A DNA stretch of 64,000 nt from Isurus oxyrinchus (lineage: Eukaryota). Both the position numbers and the translations under genes were made by a program. This document shows positions 49,296 to 60,383 of this stretch, one piece after another. Each line of letters begins with the position of its first letter. Positions within the stretch are counted from its first letter, which is position 1. The notes below the pieces were generated by a model. It saw only the letters and a program-made list of their open reading frames with translations. It was not told where the DNA came from and did no database searches. The stretch covers positions 682,001 to 746,000 of the forward strand of contig JANJGN010000210.1 of assembly GCA_026770705.1 (NCBI GenBank). The letters are read 5' to 3'.

Positions 49296-51927
49296 TCACC
49301 AATTAAATGAAGCAGTGAAGGTGGCGGAAGGGCACTTCAGCATATTCTTCAACTGCTCTCCGAACTTGGTCTGGGTCACTGCATAGATGAAAACATTGGT
49401 GCAGGAGCTGAGAAGCTGGAGCATGTTGGTTGTCTCTTGAAGGATGAATTGCGGGTCATTGAAATCCAGGCCAGTGAAATATGCCTCACCTGTAATCTGC
49501 ACGTAGATGAAATGTCCGACATAGGTGACCCACAGGAGGAGAAAGTTGAGGGAGATGACGAAGAGCAGGACAATGGACCTTTTACAGTTGTCCATCTCTG
49601 GATCTCTGTGACTCTCAACTCCCCAGAGCCTCCTGCGAGCTCTGCTGGCCGCTAAAATGTGCCTTACGGTCAGTGCATTGAGCAGCAGAATGAGGAGGAA
49701 CGGGAGGAAGGGGGTTAAGATGCGGTCAAGCCAGTCATAGACCTGCCAGATGGGCAATGTGTAATAGGTGGACTTGATGTTGCAGAACTAGGGCACCCCG
49801 TCCAGAATATACAAGGGCTGGTAGCTGAAGTAGAAAGGGACGCTCTTGACACAGCTCAGGGCACTGACCAGTCCTATAACCAGTGACGCAGTTTTCTCAC
49901 TGCAGTATCTGGCCTTCAGGCTCTGACAGCAGATGGCCACGAAACGGTCGATGGTGAAGGTGACCATCAGCCAGACTGAGCCATCTCGTGTGGCATGGAC
50001 GAGCATGGTGCTGACAGCGCACCCTGGGGTGGTGAAGAGGACACTCTCATGAAAGTAGATGCCACTGATCCAGTTGAATGTGACAGCGGTGATGGTGACC
50101 AGGAAATCTGTCACCACTATCACCACCAGGTAATAGGAGATGCATTGGGAGAGCCCGCACCGGCCACGGGATAAGATTATGATCGCCACCATGTTGACTG
50201 TGAGGGAGGAAAAGAGAGATATGTTACCGAGCTAAATCCAAACACCAGCTGCTACCTCATGCAACTTGTTAATAAAAAACCGTCCTCACCCGTGCCTGTG
50301 CCACCTCCTGACTCCAACCATTCCAAAGCCGTAACTGCTTGTTTGGCATCCAATTCTGGATAAGTGCATATTTGATACAATTAAACATTTGAGAATCAGA
50401 AGACATTGCCTTCAATCCCCACTAAAAACTCTGTTCTCTCACCACTGAGTCCATCCACCGAGACTTGAGGCCCTTTACAATCTTGGCGACCTGTTTGAGC
50501 CAGAGCTGCACTTCCAAACGTCCTCCGCCCTATGATGATCATCTTGCACCAAGACTGGTCACTTCCACATTTCTAATATCGACCACAATATCACACGTCT
50601 CAAAACTTGCCTTCGGTTAGCAGCTGCTCAAGGTTTCCCATACATTTGTAACATCTAGATGCCAACAATTGGAATAGTCTCTTGGCGTTCTCCCACTTTA
50701 GGTCATCAGTGATTTTAAACTCATCTGAAGCACTTGGTGGGGATATTCCTATTCACAGGAAGTCCCAATCATCCACCAGCCCTATGTTCGCCCACTTACA
50801 TTGGCTCCCAGCCTGGCAACACCTTGAATTTAGTATCCTCATCCTTGCTTTCAAATCCACCCATAGCCTCGTCATTACTTACTCCAGTAACCCTCTAAAA
50901 TCGTTTTGCTCACAGCCAATATCTATAATCTTGTGTACCCCAGAAATTAAATGTTCCACTGGCGGCGAAGTTGCCTTTTGCTGCCGTGGCCTTAATGTCT
51001 GGATATCCCTCCCTCAAATCCTTCGCCTTTCTTTCTTTCTACCAGACGATTCTCAAATCCTACTCATTCGATGAAGCTTTTGGTTATCGGTCCTCATTTC
51101 TCCTTATGTAGTTGATATCAAATTTTGTTTGTTAAATCTGCTGCGAAGCACCTTACCTCACCACACGGTCTACAGTGGTTGAAGTAAAAGCTCAACTCTA
51201 ATTTCTCAAGTGGAAACGAGCGATGGGCAATAAATTTTGACCTTGCCAACGACAGTAATAAATAAATATTATATTCTACTGCATAATAATAAATGAAAAA
51301 TACTACTTCCTTCCAGAGGTGGCACTGCTGATTCCTGCAATTAATGAGTGTACATTTGATATCACAATGCATCTAATGTAATTATTGCACTGTAAAGAAT
51401 CAGTGTAAATCATTGTAATAAAATAAATGCACGACAATGATGTTTAATACTCTGTGATACGCCATTGCTCCATACAATGTTAAAAACGCTATAATGCATT
51501 TTATTACATTGGAATGAAAGCTAATGTTTAACAATGTAACGTAATACTGTCCATACATTTTCATACATTATACTTCATAATTCAGCAACCCAACGGACGC
51601 TGTTTCTATAAACTTGCACCATAGATCATTAAATAATATCTTGCGCTGTTACATCATGCAAGTGGAATTCATAAACTATAAGTCACCGTAATGCAGTACA
51701 ATATCATATACTGCACCTCTATACAGGAATACAGTTCACGTTCCTTAAACTCAAACAGCGCTGAATATTAAAAAAAAGCCCCTTCCCGAAATCTAAGGCA
51801 CAAGTGTTCTGGCGACTTAAAAGAAAGTAAATAATTAATTTGGAGTCTATAACTTACCCGGGACACTAATAACAGCGAGAACAGGATAGTAAATAGCATA
51901 GACAGGTCCATTCGCTGGCCCGTGCAT
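49296..51927 (-). pseudogene. GPR139/GPR142-like GPCR with a single nonsense codon (exon 1 51927-51858, exon 2 50197-49296)
   Basis: MHGPANGPVYAIYYPVLAVISVP|VNMVAIIILSRGRCGLS..DGSVWLMVTFTIDRFVAIC..DGVP*FCNIK..SSCTNVFIYAVTQTKF. Canonical GT/AG. A TAG at 49788-49790 replaces the Trp seen in the paralog. Confidence 0.9.
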
Positions 51928-52324
51928 CTCCTTTCACAAACTAAGGGAATTCTGCAAGCTGTGAACCTTAGCTCTGAGACGCTTTCAACTTATACTGGCT
52001 GAAACTCTCAAAGGGACAATTAGGTTAGAACATGCACCTTAGTTACAGTTCAGTGAACAAACAGAAGGACTCACGGTTTCATGCCTTCCATTTGTAACAC
52101 CGGCCAAGTGGATGGTTCCATATCTTTTTGGGCGAGCTGCTGGTTGCCAATTCTGCGGCACAACTACCTCTCCTTCCCGCCAAACCATTTCTTGGAGTCC
52201 TCATTAAGCAGCCAATAATTATAGATATGGTCCATAGACCCGATCTCTAAGCTAAAACTGTTTCTTCCCATCTCTACTATGTTCCCAAATAGTTTGTGTT
52301 TTTAAGAGTCAGGTTAGATCGTCC

Positions 52325-52363
<39 letters not shown>
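52325..52363. repeat. Poly-C run within a Penelope tail fragment
   Basis: Direct reading. Confidence 0.85.
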
Positions 52364-52364
<1 letters not shown>

Positions 52365-52599
52365 ACACACCTTAAACCAGCTTATATTTCAACTCTTTCC
52401 TGGACTCGAAATCAAGTTCTGTCGAAGGGTCATGAGGACTCGAAACGTCCACTCTTTTCTCCTCCGCCGATGCTGCCAGACCTACTGAGTTTTTCCAGGT
52501 AATTCTGTTTTTGTTTTAGATCGTGTGTTTGATTGATTGGTAAGTATTTTGGTTCTTAATCATTTAGTGCAATCAAATCATTAAATTGACTTATCGCTG

Positions 52600-53410
52600 A
52601 ACAATTTTAGAGAGACTGCCCTTGATATCAAGGCAGCATTTGCCCGAGTGTGGCAACAAGGAGCCCAAGCAAATCTGCAATCAGTGGGCATCAGGGGAAA
52701 AAGTCTCCGAAGGTTGGAGTCATACTTAGCACAAAGGAAGGTGGTTATGGCTGTTGCAGGTAAGTCATCACAGCTCCAGGACAGTACTGCAGGTGTTCCT
52801 CAGGGTAGTGGCCTAGGCCCAACCATCTTCAGCTGCTTCATAAATTACCTTCCTTTCATCATAAGGTAAGAAGTGGGGTTCTGTTGAAGGGTCATGAGGA
52901 CTCGAAACATCAACTCTTTTCTTCTCCGCCGATGCTGCCAAACCTGCTGAGTTTTTCCAGGTAATTCTGTTTTTGAAGTGGGGATATTGGCTGATGATTG
53001 CACCATGTTCAGCATCATTCGTGACTCCTCAGATACTGGAGCAGTCCATGTCCAAATGCAGTAATGCCTGGACAATATCCAGGCTTGGGCTGACAAGTGG
53101 CAAATAACAGGCAATGACAATCTCCAACAAGAGAGAATCCAACCATCATCTCCTTGATGTTCAATATCATTACTATCACTGAATCCCCACTATCAACATC
53201 CTGGGGGGCTACTATTGATCAAAAACTGAGCTGAACTAGCCATACAAATACAGTGGCAACAAGAGCAGGTCAGAGGCTAGGACTTGTGCGATGAGTAACT
53301 CACCTCTGGACTCCCCAAAGCTTGTACACCAACTAAAAGGCACAAGTCAGGAGTGTGGTGGAACACTCTCCTCTTGCCTGGATGAATGCAGCTCCCACAA
53401 CACTCAAAAA
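52600..53410 (+). mobile_element. CR1-related LINE RT fragment (interrupted by a Penelope tail)
   Basis: ALDIKAAF..GVPQGSGLGPTIFSCFIN..ADDC. Confidence 0.8.
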
Positions 53411-53869
53411 GGATAGGTGGGATGCAGATTTCAGGTTAATATCAGATCATCCATGATCTTATTAAATGGTGCGACATGCTCGAGGAACTGAATGGCCTAC
53501 TCCTGCTCCTTTTTGTACTCTCGTATCTTCGAATGGTCCAGTGCAGTCATAACTGAGATAAGGTCATCAGGTCAAGGGCAGTGATCACTGAAACAGGGTA
53601 AAGTGGCCATCTCACATTTTAAAGTTGCTCTGCCATTCAGTAATATCGTGGCTGATTTCCAAATTCAACGTCACATTCCCGCACTCTCCCCATATCCCCT
53701 GATCCTTTTAGTATCCAAAAGCCTATCGAATATTGTCTTGCATACACACATGAACACCCACCGCTCTCTGAGTTACAGAATACCACAGATTCACAACAAT
53801 AGTTCTACTGCAGATCCTTTTTCCTTCTCCGTTCTAATGGATGACTCTTTATTCTGAAGCTGTGATCCC

Positions 53870-54660
53870 GAGTCAAGTGGCAAGTAAATGCAGAAAAGTA
53901 TGATCTGATTCATCTTAGTACTAAAAGTGAAAAGAAGCAATATGAAATTAAGGGTTCAGTTGCAAAGGGGATGTAGGAGTAGAGGAGCCTTTGGGTCTAT
54001 GTGCATAAATAATTGAATAGCGCAGGGCAGATTGAGAAAACGATTACTAAATATACAGCATGCCAGTCTTTATAAATAGGGTACAAAGGATGCAAACAAG
54101 GGAATTATGACAAATCTGTGCAAAAGACTTGGCCTCAGCTGGAGTATTATGTGTCGTTTTGGCCATCGCACTTTCGGGTGGAAGTGAAGGCATGAGAGCT
54201 GGTGCAGAAAAGGCTCATGGGAATGATTCCAATGAAAATTAATGTAAGTTACGTGGATGGTTGGTCTCTGTGGAGAGGGGAACATTAAGTGGAGATTTGA
54301 TAGACATGTTAGGGATGTGCAAAATGATGTGGGAAATGAACAACATATATAGGGAAGGATTGAGAATGAAAGGGCTGTGATACAAGGCGATTGGCAAAAG
54401 ATGCAACGGCGACATGATGGAAATCTTTTCCCATGGACTGAGTAATTCACATCTGAAATGCACATCCTGAGTGTGTGGTGGCAGCAAGTCCAATCGTGGT
54501 TTTCAATAGGGAATCAAATAATAACCTGAAGAGCAAAGCATTGCGGAGCCACAGAGAGAAGACGGATAGTGGGACTGGGAGAGCTGCATTTGAAATGGGC
54601 TAGCACGGACATTACGGGGTGAATGACCTCTATCTGAGATATAATCATGCGACGATTCAG
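53870..54660 (+). mobile_element. Degraded CR1 3' half
   Basis: Degenerate RPQLEY..FWP..QKR..GDLI text. Confidence 0.6.
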
Positions 54661-55663
54661 TGATTTAATAATTCTATACATTTTCTACTTGAGAAACAAA
54701 AAATCCTTAAATAGGAAGGAGGTGAGAAAATGGAAGAACTGAAGGAATGTCTTTAACAGAATAAATGGACAGGAAACACGAAATTTACTCTTTGATGGCA
54801 TGTGGGCGTCACTAGCAAGGCCAGCGTTTGTTGCCTATCTCTAATTGCCCTTGAATTGAGTGGCGTGCTGGGCCATTTGCGAGGGAGGTTAAGGGTCAAC
54901 CATATTGCAGTGGCTCTGCCCAGCCATTGATTCAATGGTGGAATTGGCCAATCATGGTGCTGTGACTGATGGAAAGTGTTGGGAGGTCGTCGATTCCAAG
55001 GGGCAAACTTCCATCATCTTTGTGAAAAGTGCATTCAACAATGTTTCTGGGTCGTAACCTCTACATAAATGCAGTCGGTTATTAAGATAGAACGGCCTAA
55101 TTTTAAGAGGGATCACTGTTGAGGTACGCATGTTCTCACCCACTGCAGCGCCCGTGAACACAAAGGGACCTTTCCCAGCTGCGGTAATTGTGGGAGATGC
55201 TGACCTCCATGGAAAGATCATGGGTGGATTGAATCCAAACCCAAACTACCCTCAGCTTGGAATTGCCCGGTCTCTTGCTTGTTCCCTGGAGCGGATGAAA
55301 TCTCTCAGCCGTTTGTAGCCCGAATGCTGGAAATCACAGGAGATGATGAATGTTTATCAAGTCAAACGAGGAAACACGGATTCAACAGCAAAAGGGAAAG
55401 AAACTAATTTGCTGTTATCTGAGGTAAAAGGCGGCGATAAATTCACCCTAGATTACAAATCGGTACATTATGAATTTTTCCAGGAAAAGGGAGATGAGAA
55501 TATGGAATAATTTCATGAACCATGTTTGAAGGCGAATTGGACAGGAGATGATATCAAGAATTATAAGGAGCGAGAAGGAAATGCAGATTTAATGAGCTTA
55601 ATCATTTCATTCTGTACTGTAAAATTGTAAGAGCCACTGAAAATATATTCATGAGCAATATTT

Positions 55664-55886
55664 GTACTTTGTACAAGTTTCCATGCATTGTGTATCTCCA
55701 TGTGTCTGCAATCCCACAATGTTCAGGATTTTGTACAGCGCCCTCCGTGCTCTGTATCACTGCGTCTGTAATCCCACCATGTTCAGGATTTTGCACAACT
55801 CTCTCCGTGCTCTGTATCACTGTGTGTCTGTAATCCCACCATGTTCAGGTTTTTGTACGGCTCTCTCCGTGTTCTGCATCACTGTG
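55664..55886 (-). repeat. Tandem ~60-62-bp repeat, each unit carrying a 23-RSS
   Basis: RSS1 CACAGTG-23-ACAAAAACC (55886-55848); RSS2 CACAGTG-23-GCAAAATCC (55824-55786); RSS3 CGCAGTG-23-ACAAAATCC (55764-55726); degenerate fourth copy at about 55704-55664. Confidence 0.9.
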
Positions 55887-56192
55887 CTGTGGGCCGACTC
55901 AGTGCACAGTAATACACAGCGGAGTCGCTCAGTTGTAGTTTGAAGATATTTAACCGGCTGATTTTCTCGGCAGAATCGATAGAAGCAGAAATTCTCTCCC
56001 CGGCAGCATTTTCTTTATTCTCCTCTCCTGAAGTGTGTCTCTGAAGCAGATATTCTGGAGCCTGTCCTGGGGACTGACGGTACCAGTGTACTGTGTACTG
56101 ACAGATACCTGAATATTCACAGCTTAAAGTAACGGTGTCACCAGCAGCAGAGGTTTGTAAAGGCGGATTCTGGAATATCAGGAGACTGGAAC
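55887..56192 (-). CDS. TRDV: Intact leaderless supporting TCR V-delta segment of NAR-TCR (STCRDV-type)
   Basis: Phase-1 acceptor CCTTCAG, then GSSLLIFQNPPLQTSAAGDTVTLSCEYSGICQYTVHWYRQSPGQAPEYLLQRHTSGEENKENAAGERISASIDSAEKISRLNIFKLQLSDSAVYYCALSRPT. Non-canonical CDR1 Cys, perfect 23-RSS. No leader exon seen upstream; the nearest donor is the NAR J at 60038. Confidence 0.93.
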
Positions 56193-57971
56193 CTGAAGGG
56201 TGAAAAATGAACATTTTGTGTTTGTTTAGCTACTGCTGACATGGGAGATTTGTCAATCGCGCGAACAACTTTGTGTTTTTTATCTTGATTTGAAGCCTGT
56301 TCGAACGCTGCTCATTGTTACTGAAATATGATCAACTGGGGAATGAGGTGATATTTTCTCTTCCATAGCGAATTCCTCCGATCAGGGCTTCCCTATCTGA
56401 ATGGGTTTGGGGAACAGATTCAATAGTAACTTTCAAACGGGTGATGTATCTGTTCTGAAGCAGAAAAAATGCAGGGATATGGGGAATATGCATGAGTGGT
56501 GGAAACGATTGGATTACACTTTTAAAGGGACAGCACCTACACGATGGGCCGGATGTCATCTTTCCACGCTGCATGGTTCAATGATGTATATTAGATTTGA
56601 TTTGATTTTCCCCGCTGAGAGACAAACCCGAGGGAACTTCTTATTAACAGTGAAACAGTCAGTTTCGAAAAACTATTTGTCTGACAGTGACCCAGATATA
56701 ACGCATCAATGCGCACAGCAAACTCCAACAGAATGCGATTGCAATTCGTCAGCACCAATCGGGTCAAACAGATAGTGAATATCGATGGTGAAATGTCAAC
56801 CATTAGCTTCAGTTTCACACTTCTCAGGAGTTTCCATCTGCCTTTGGGTCTATTAGTTTATTTTTTTCGATCAATCTATGTTTCCACATTTCTCTTCAAA
56901 TTAAAATATTTACAGTTAGTTTCAGTTTATTTCTACATTTACTTTGCACTGTTTGTACGTCTTGCAATCGTGAGAACTTGTCCTAAACTCTCTTAGTAGT
57001 CGGTTGGGTTCAACCTGTTCAGTTTCCGCAGTGGTTTTACTGTTACTCACTGGGAACTGCCTCTTCCGGCTCTCTGACAATTTCAATTCCTTCCGCCCAT
57101 TGACTGATTCTTTCCGCTTTCTCTGGGCGGAGTTTTCTCTAAATTTTTCATTGTACTCAATCTGCAGGAGAGGGATCGGCCATTTGGCACAGTGATTTAT
57201 GCTGTGGGTATACTCCACAGCAGTCTCCCCAACCCGAAACCGAATTGACCATTTCCATCCGTATTTCTTTCTCCCTCCTGTATTTTCAGCCTTCCCATAA
57301 ATCCATCAATAATGTCTGCTCCAACCACTCAGTGTGGCATCAAGTTCCACATTCTGACGGTTTTAGTGTACATTTTTCTTCTTAATGTCTTTGTTCTGTT
57401 AGTGACGACCTGATACTAATGTCCTACTGATCTAGGCTCATCCATAGGCACGCACTCTATTAAACCCGTTCATAATTTTAAAGATTTCTCTGAATTCTCT
57501 TTCTGGTTCTCTGTTTTCCAAAGTTAAGTGACCCAGACTTTTCAATCATTCCAGAGAGATGTGTATTTTTGCTGATTCCTTTTCCCAGCAATTTAAGTAA
57601 TCAATGCAAAGAATCTTACAAATAGAAGCAGGGATGGCCATGGCAACTTACAGACCTGTTCCGACGCCAATAATAACGTGGATGATCTTCGATGTAAGCA
57701 TCACATTCCCATATTCCTAGATTATTTTAATAATCAAAAATCTATGGAACACTGCCTTGAATACACTCGTCCACTGAGTATCCACAGCTCTCTGAGCTAT
57801 AGAATGCAACAGGTTCACAACAATAGCCTGGGGAAACATCCAGTCGTATCTGCCATGTGAGCCGTTGAGAATATGATAATGAGATCACCTCACATTCCTC
57901 TAAACTACTCTTATGAAAGTACAATGAGTTTAAAAATATTTTTCTCGTTTATTGTGCAGTGTGTTAATGGG

Positions 57972-58842
57972 TGTAAGTATAGTTGGTTCTGTCTGTGATT
58001 TTATTGCATTTTGAGTCAAGTGCACGGCAAGTCTGAAATTATCAAAGGAAGCTACATGTGGAAATATACTTGAAATTCTAAGATGTAAATGTGGATGCTG
58101 GCTCAGCATTTAAGGTGTGAAGGAACGTTGTGTTTCAAAGTGGTGTTAGACTGTTTACAATTAACCAGATAAACAAGGCTAAGGAGTCAGATTTAATTTG
58201 TTCTGAGGGGTGCTGACAATATTGGCAACATGAAAGTTTTTATGTTATGAGGAAGATACAGTTTCAAAGACATGTGGAACAATAAAAGTTACATGTTAAA
58301 GAGAGAGAAACATACATACAGGAGAATGAAAGGCTATGTGAGGAGAGGGCCATGTCAGATCTAACAGGCATCCGTGAAACAACATTCATGCAGCCTCCAG
58401 CCATTTTTGCATATGTCTGCTATGTAAAGATAGTAAAGTTGGGGAAGCCATTTGGAATTCCACTGTCAAGTGTGTGCTCTGTTAACTTGCTGTTTCTGTT
58501 TGAAATCGAAAATCTATTTGGACTGTTGCCTTAAAGGGATGTATAACTGGGAGTCAAGTTAATTCAGAATTTTAGGTGTTGTTATAATAGTAAATAACTT
58601 GTCTCTTATGTATGTGTTTGAAATATTTTATTTTGTTAATAAATATTATAATTTAATTTCTCAAGAGTCTTTAAAGGTCTTGCTGGTCTCATTAATTCAG
58701 AATCAGTGCACACATCTTCCAGTGATAAATATAGATTGCAAAACTGTTGTGACAGAGCGATGAGGTTTCCTTTGTGGATTTGGTCCGCCTGGTACACATC
58801 ACCTGCCACGTGATTACATGACTGGGGGCTGTTTGCGGGATA
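57972..58842 (+). mobile_element. LTR (TGTAA...TTACA) followed by a tRNA-Pro-like PBS; truncated LTR retroelement in the J-to-V-delta intron
   Basis: 5-bp terminal inverted repeats at 57972 and 58814-58818; AATAAA at about 58638; TGGGGGCTGTTTGCGGGAT at about 58823 resembles the PBS(Pro) TGGGGGCTCGTCCGGGAT. Confidence 0.55.
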
Positions 58843-60038
58843 CTGGAAGTTGCTTGATTGGTTTGGAGTTGATCAATCTGAAGCCTACCAGAAGAAAATT
58901 TAATCCAGGAGTTACTGTGAGGGGTTTTTAAGTGACGAGAGTGCAAAACTTGTTGCATCCATGGCACACACCATCTGCACGTCATAACACGAGGCAATGC
59001 GGGCTGTCACGGCTTCACCTTCTTCTCATAGGATAAACCATTTAACTCAGGAAGCTGCCTGACGAAACTTTGTTCACTTCCTTCAAGGCATGTAGATGTT
59101 TTCTCAATTATGAATATAAAACTTTACACAGCATCCAGACTGGAGTCCAGTGCAGTCCTTCCCACAAACAATACTTCTCTCAATTGTTTTGTAATACCGA
59201 GGGGTACTGATTCATCAGCTGAGGTGGCGGTTTGTGCATAGGTGGCAACCAGCCGGAGGTTTCCTTCCTATCATTGGCCTGATGCCATGAGACGTCCTGC
59301 CATGGAAGTTAATGTTGAAGGCTCCAAGGACAACTGCTTGCTGACTGTATATCACCTCGCTACCACCTCTGGGTCTATCATGCTGGTGGCCCAGGTCATA
59401 CACAGGGATAGTGATGGTGCTGGATAAGACATTGTCTCTAAGTTATGATTCCATGAGTTTGATTCTGCCAGGTTGTTGCCTGACAAATATGTGGGAAAGC
59501 TCTCCCAGTTTTAGCACATACCTCCAGATGTTAGTAAGGAGGACACTGCAGGATGGACACGCCTAGGTTTACCATTGTCATTTCCGAAGCCTAGGTCGAT
59601 TACAGGTGACATGAAGGTGGTGTGGTTCATGGTTTATCCTTTTTTTAGACTTAGTAGCCATTTGATTCAAATAAGTGACTTGCTTGGCCATCATTTCACA
59701 AAGCACTGAAGGGTAAACCACAATTCTTTGTGTCTGAAGTTTTATGTAGGTTAGACCAGGTAAGAACAGCAAATTTCCTTTGATTAAGTAGACTAGGGTG
59801 CTGGGCGGCTTGCAACAATCGGCAACAGTTTCATGATCACCATACTAACAACAGCTTTTAAATCCTGGTGTTTGAATTCCACCAGCTGCTGCAGTGAGGT
59901 TTGAACCAGGGTTAACACACAGAGGATTGACAGGGTGTCTGGGTTATTAGTCTAATGACATTACCACGAGGCCACCCTTCCCCATGGCGATTATTTGCCT
60001 GGATACTTTGCAACACGTCACGGTTTGGAGTCACTTAC

Positions 60039-60383
60039 CAGCTGTGACAGTCACCTCTGTCCCAGAACCGTCTGCATAACCATCTTTCCAAATGGAACCA
60101 CATCCATATTTATACTGAGCTTTACAGTAATAGGTGGCTATGTCTTCAACTCTCACATCCCGAATTTCCAGAGAAAAAATATTTTCTGCTTTATTCATCG
60201 ACACAACAAATCTACCCCCACTGGAGATCCGCTCCCGCTCAGTCCCAGTCTGGGTTTGTCTGAAGAAATGTCTGTCCTATAAACGATGAGAATTACCATG
60301 GAAAATGCAGGTGATGGTGAGAGACTGACACTCCTTCCTGGTCACCGCTGCCGGGGTCTGTACCACTGACTGATTGAAAGAGC
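60039..60383 (-). pseudogene. Pre-joined (RSS-less) NAR-TCR V-D-J exon
   Basis: GSFNQSVVQTPAAVTRKECQSLTITCIFHGNSHRL*DRHFFRQTQTGTERERISSGGRFVVSMNKAENIFSLEIRDVRVEDIATYYCKAQYKYGCGSIWKDGYADGSGTEVTVTA|G GTAAGT in one frame. TAG at 60277-60279. The leader donor is mutated and the leader truncated at about 60525-60545. Confidence 0.92.

Noticed and set aside
55664-55886. CRISPR-like regularly spaced repeat
   Set aside because: Eukaryotic context; whole units repeat with no unique spacers and no cas genes. It is an RSS tandem duplication.
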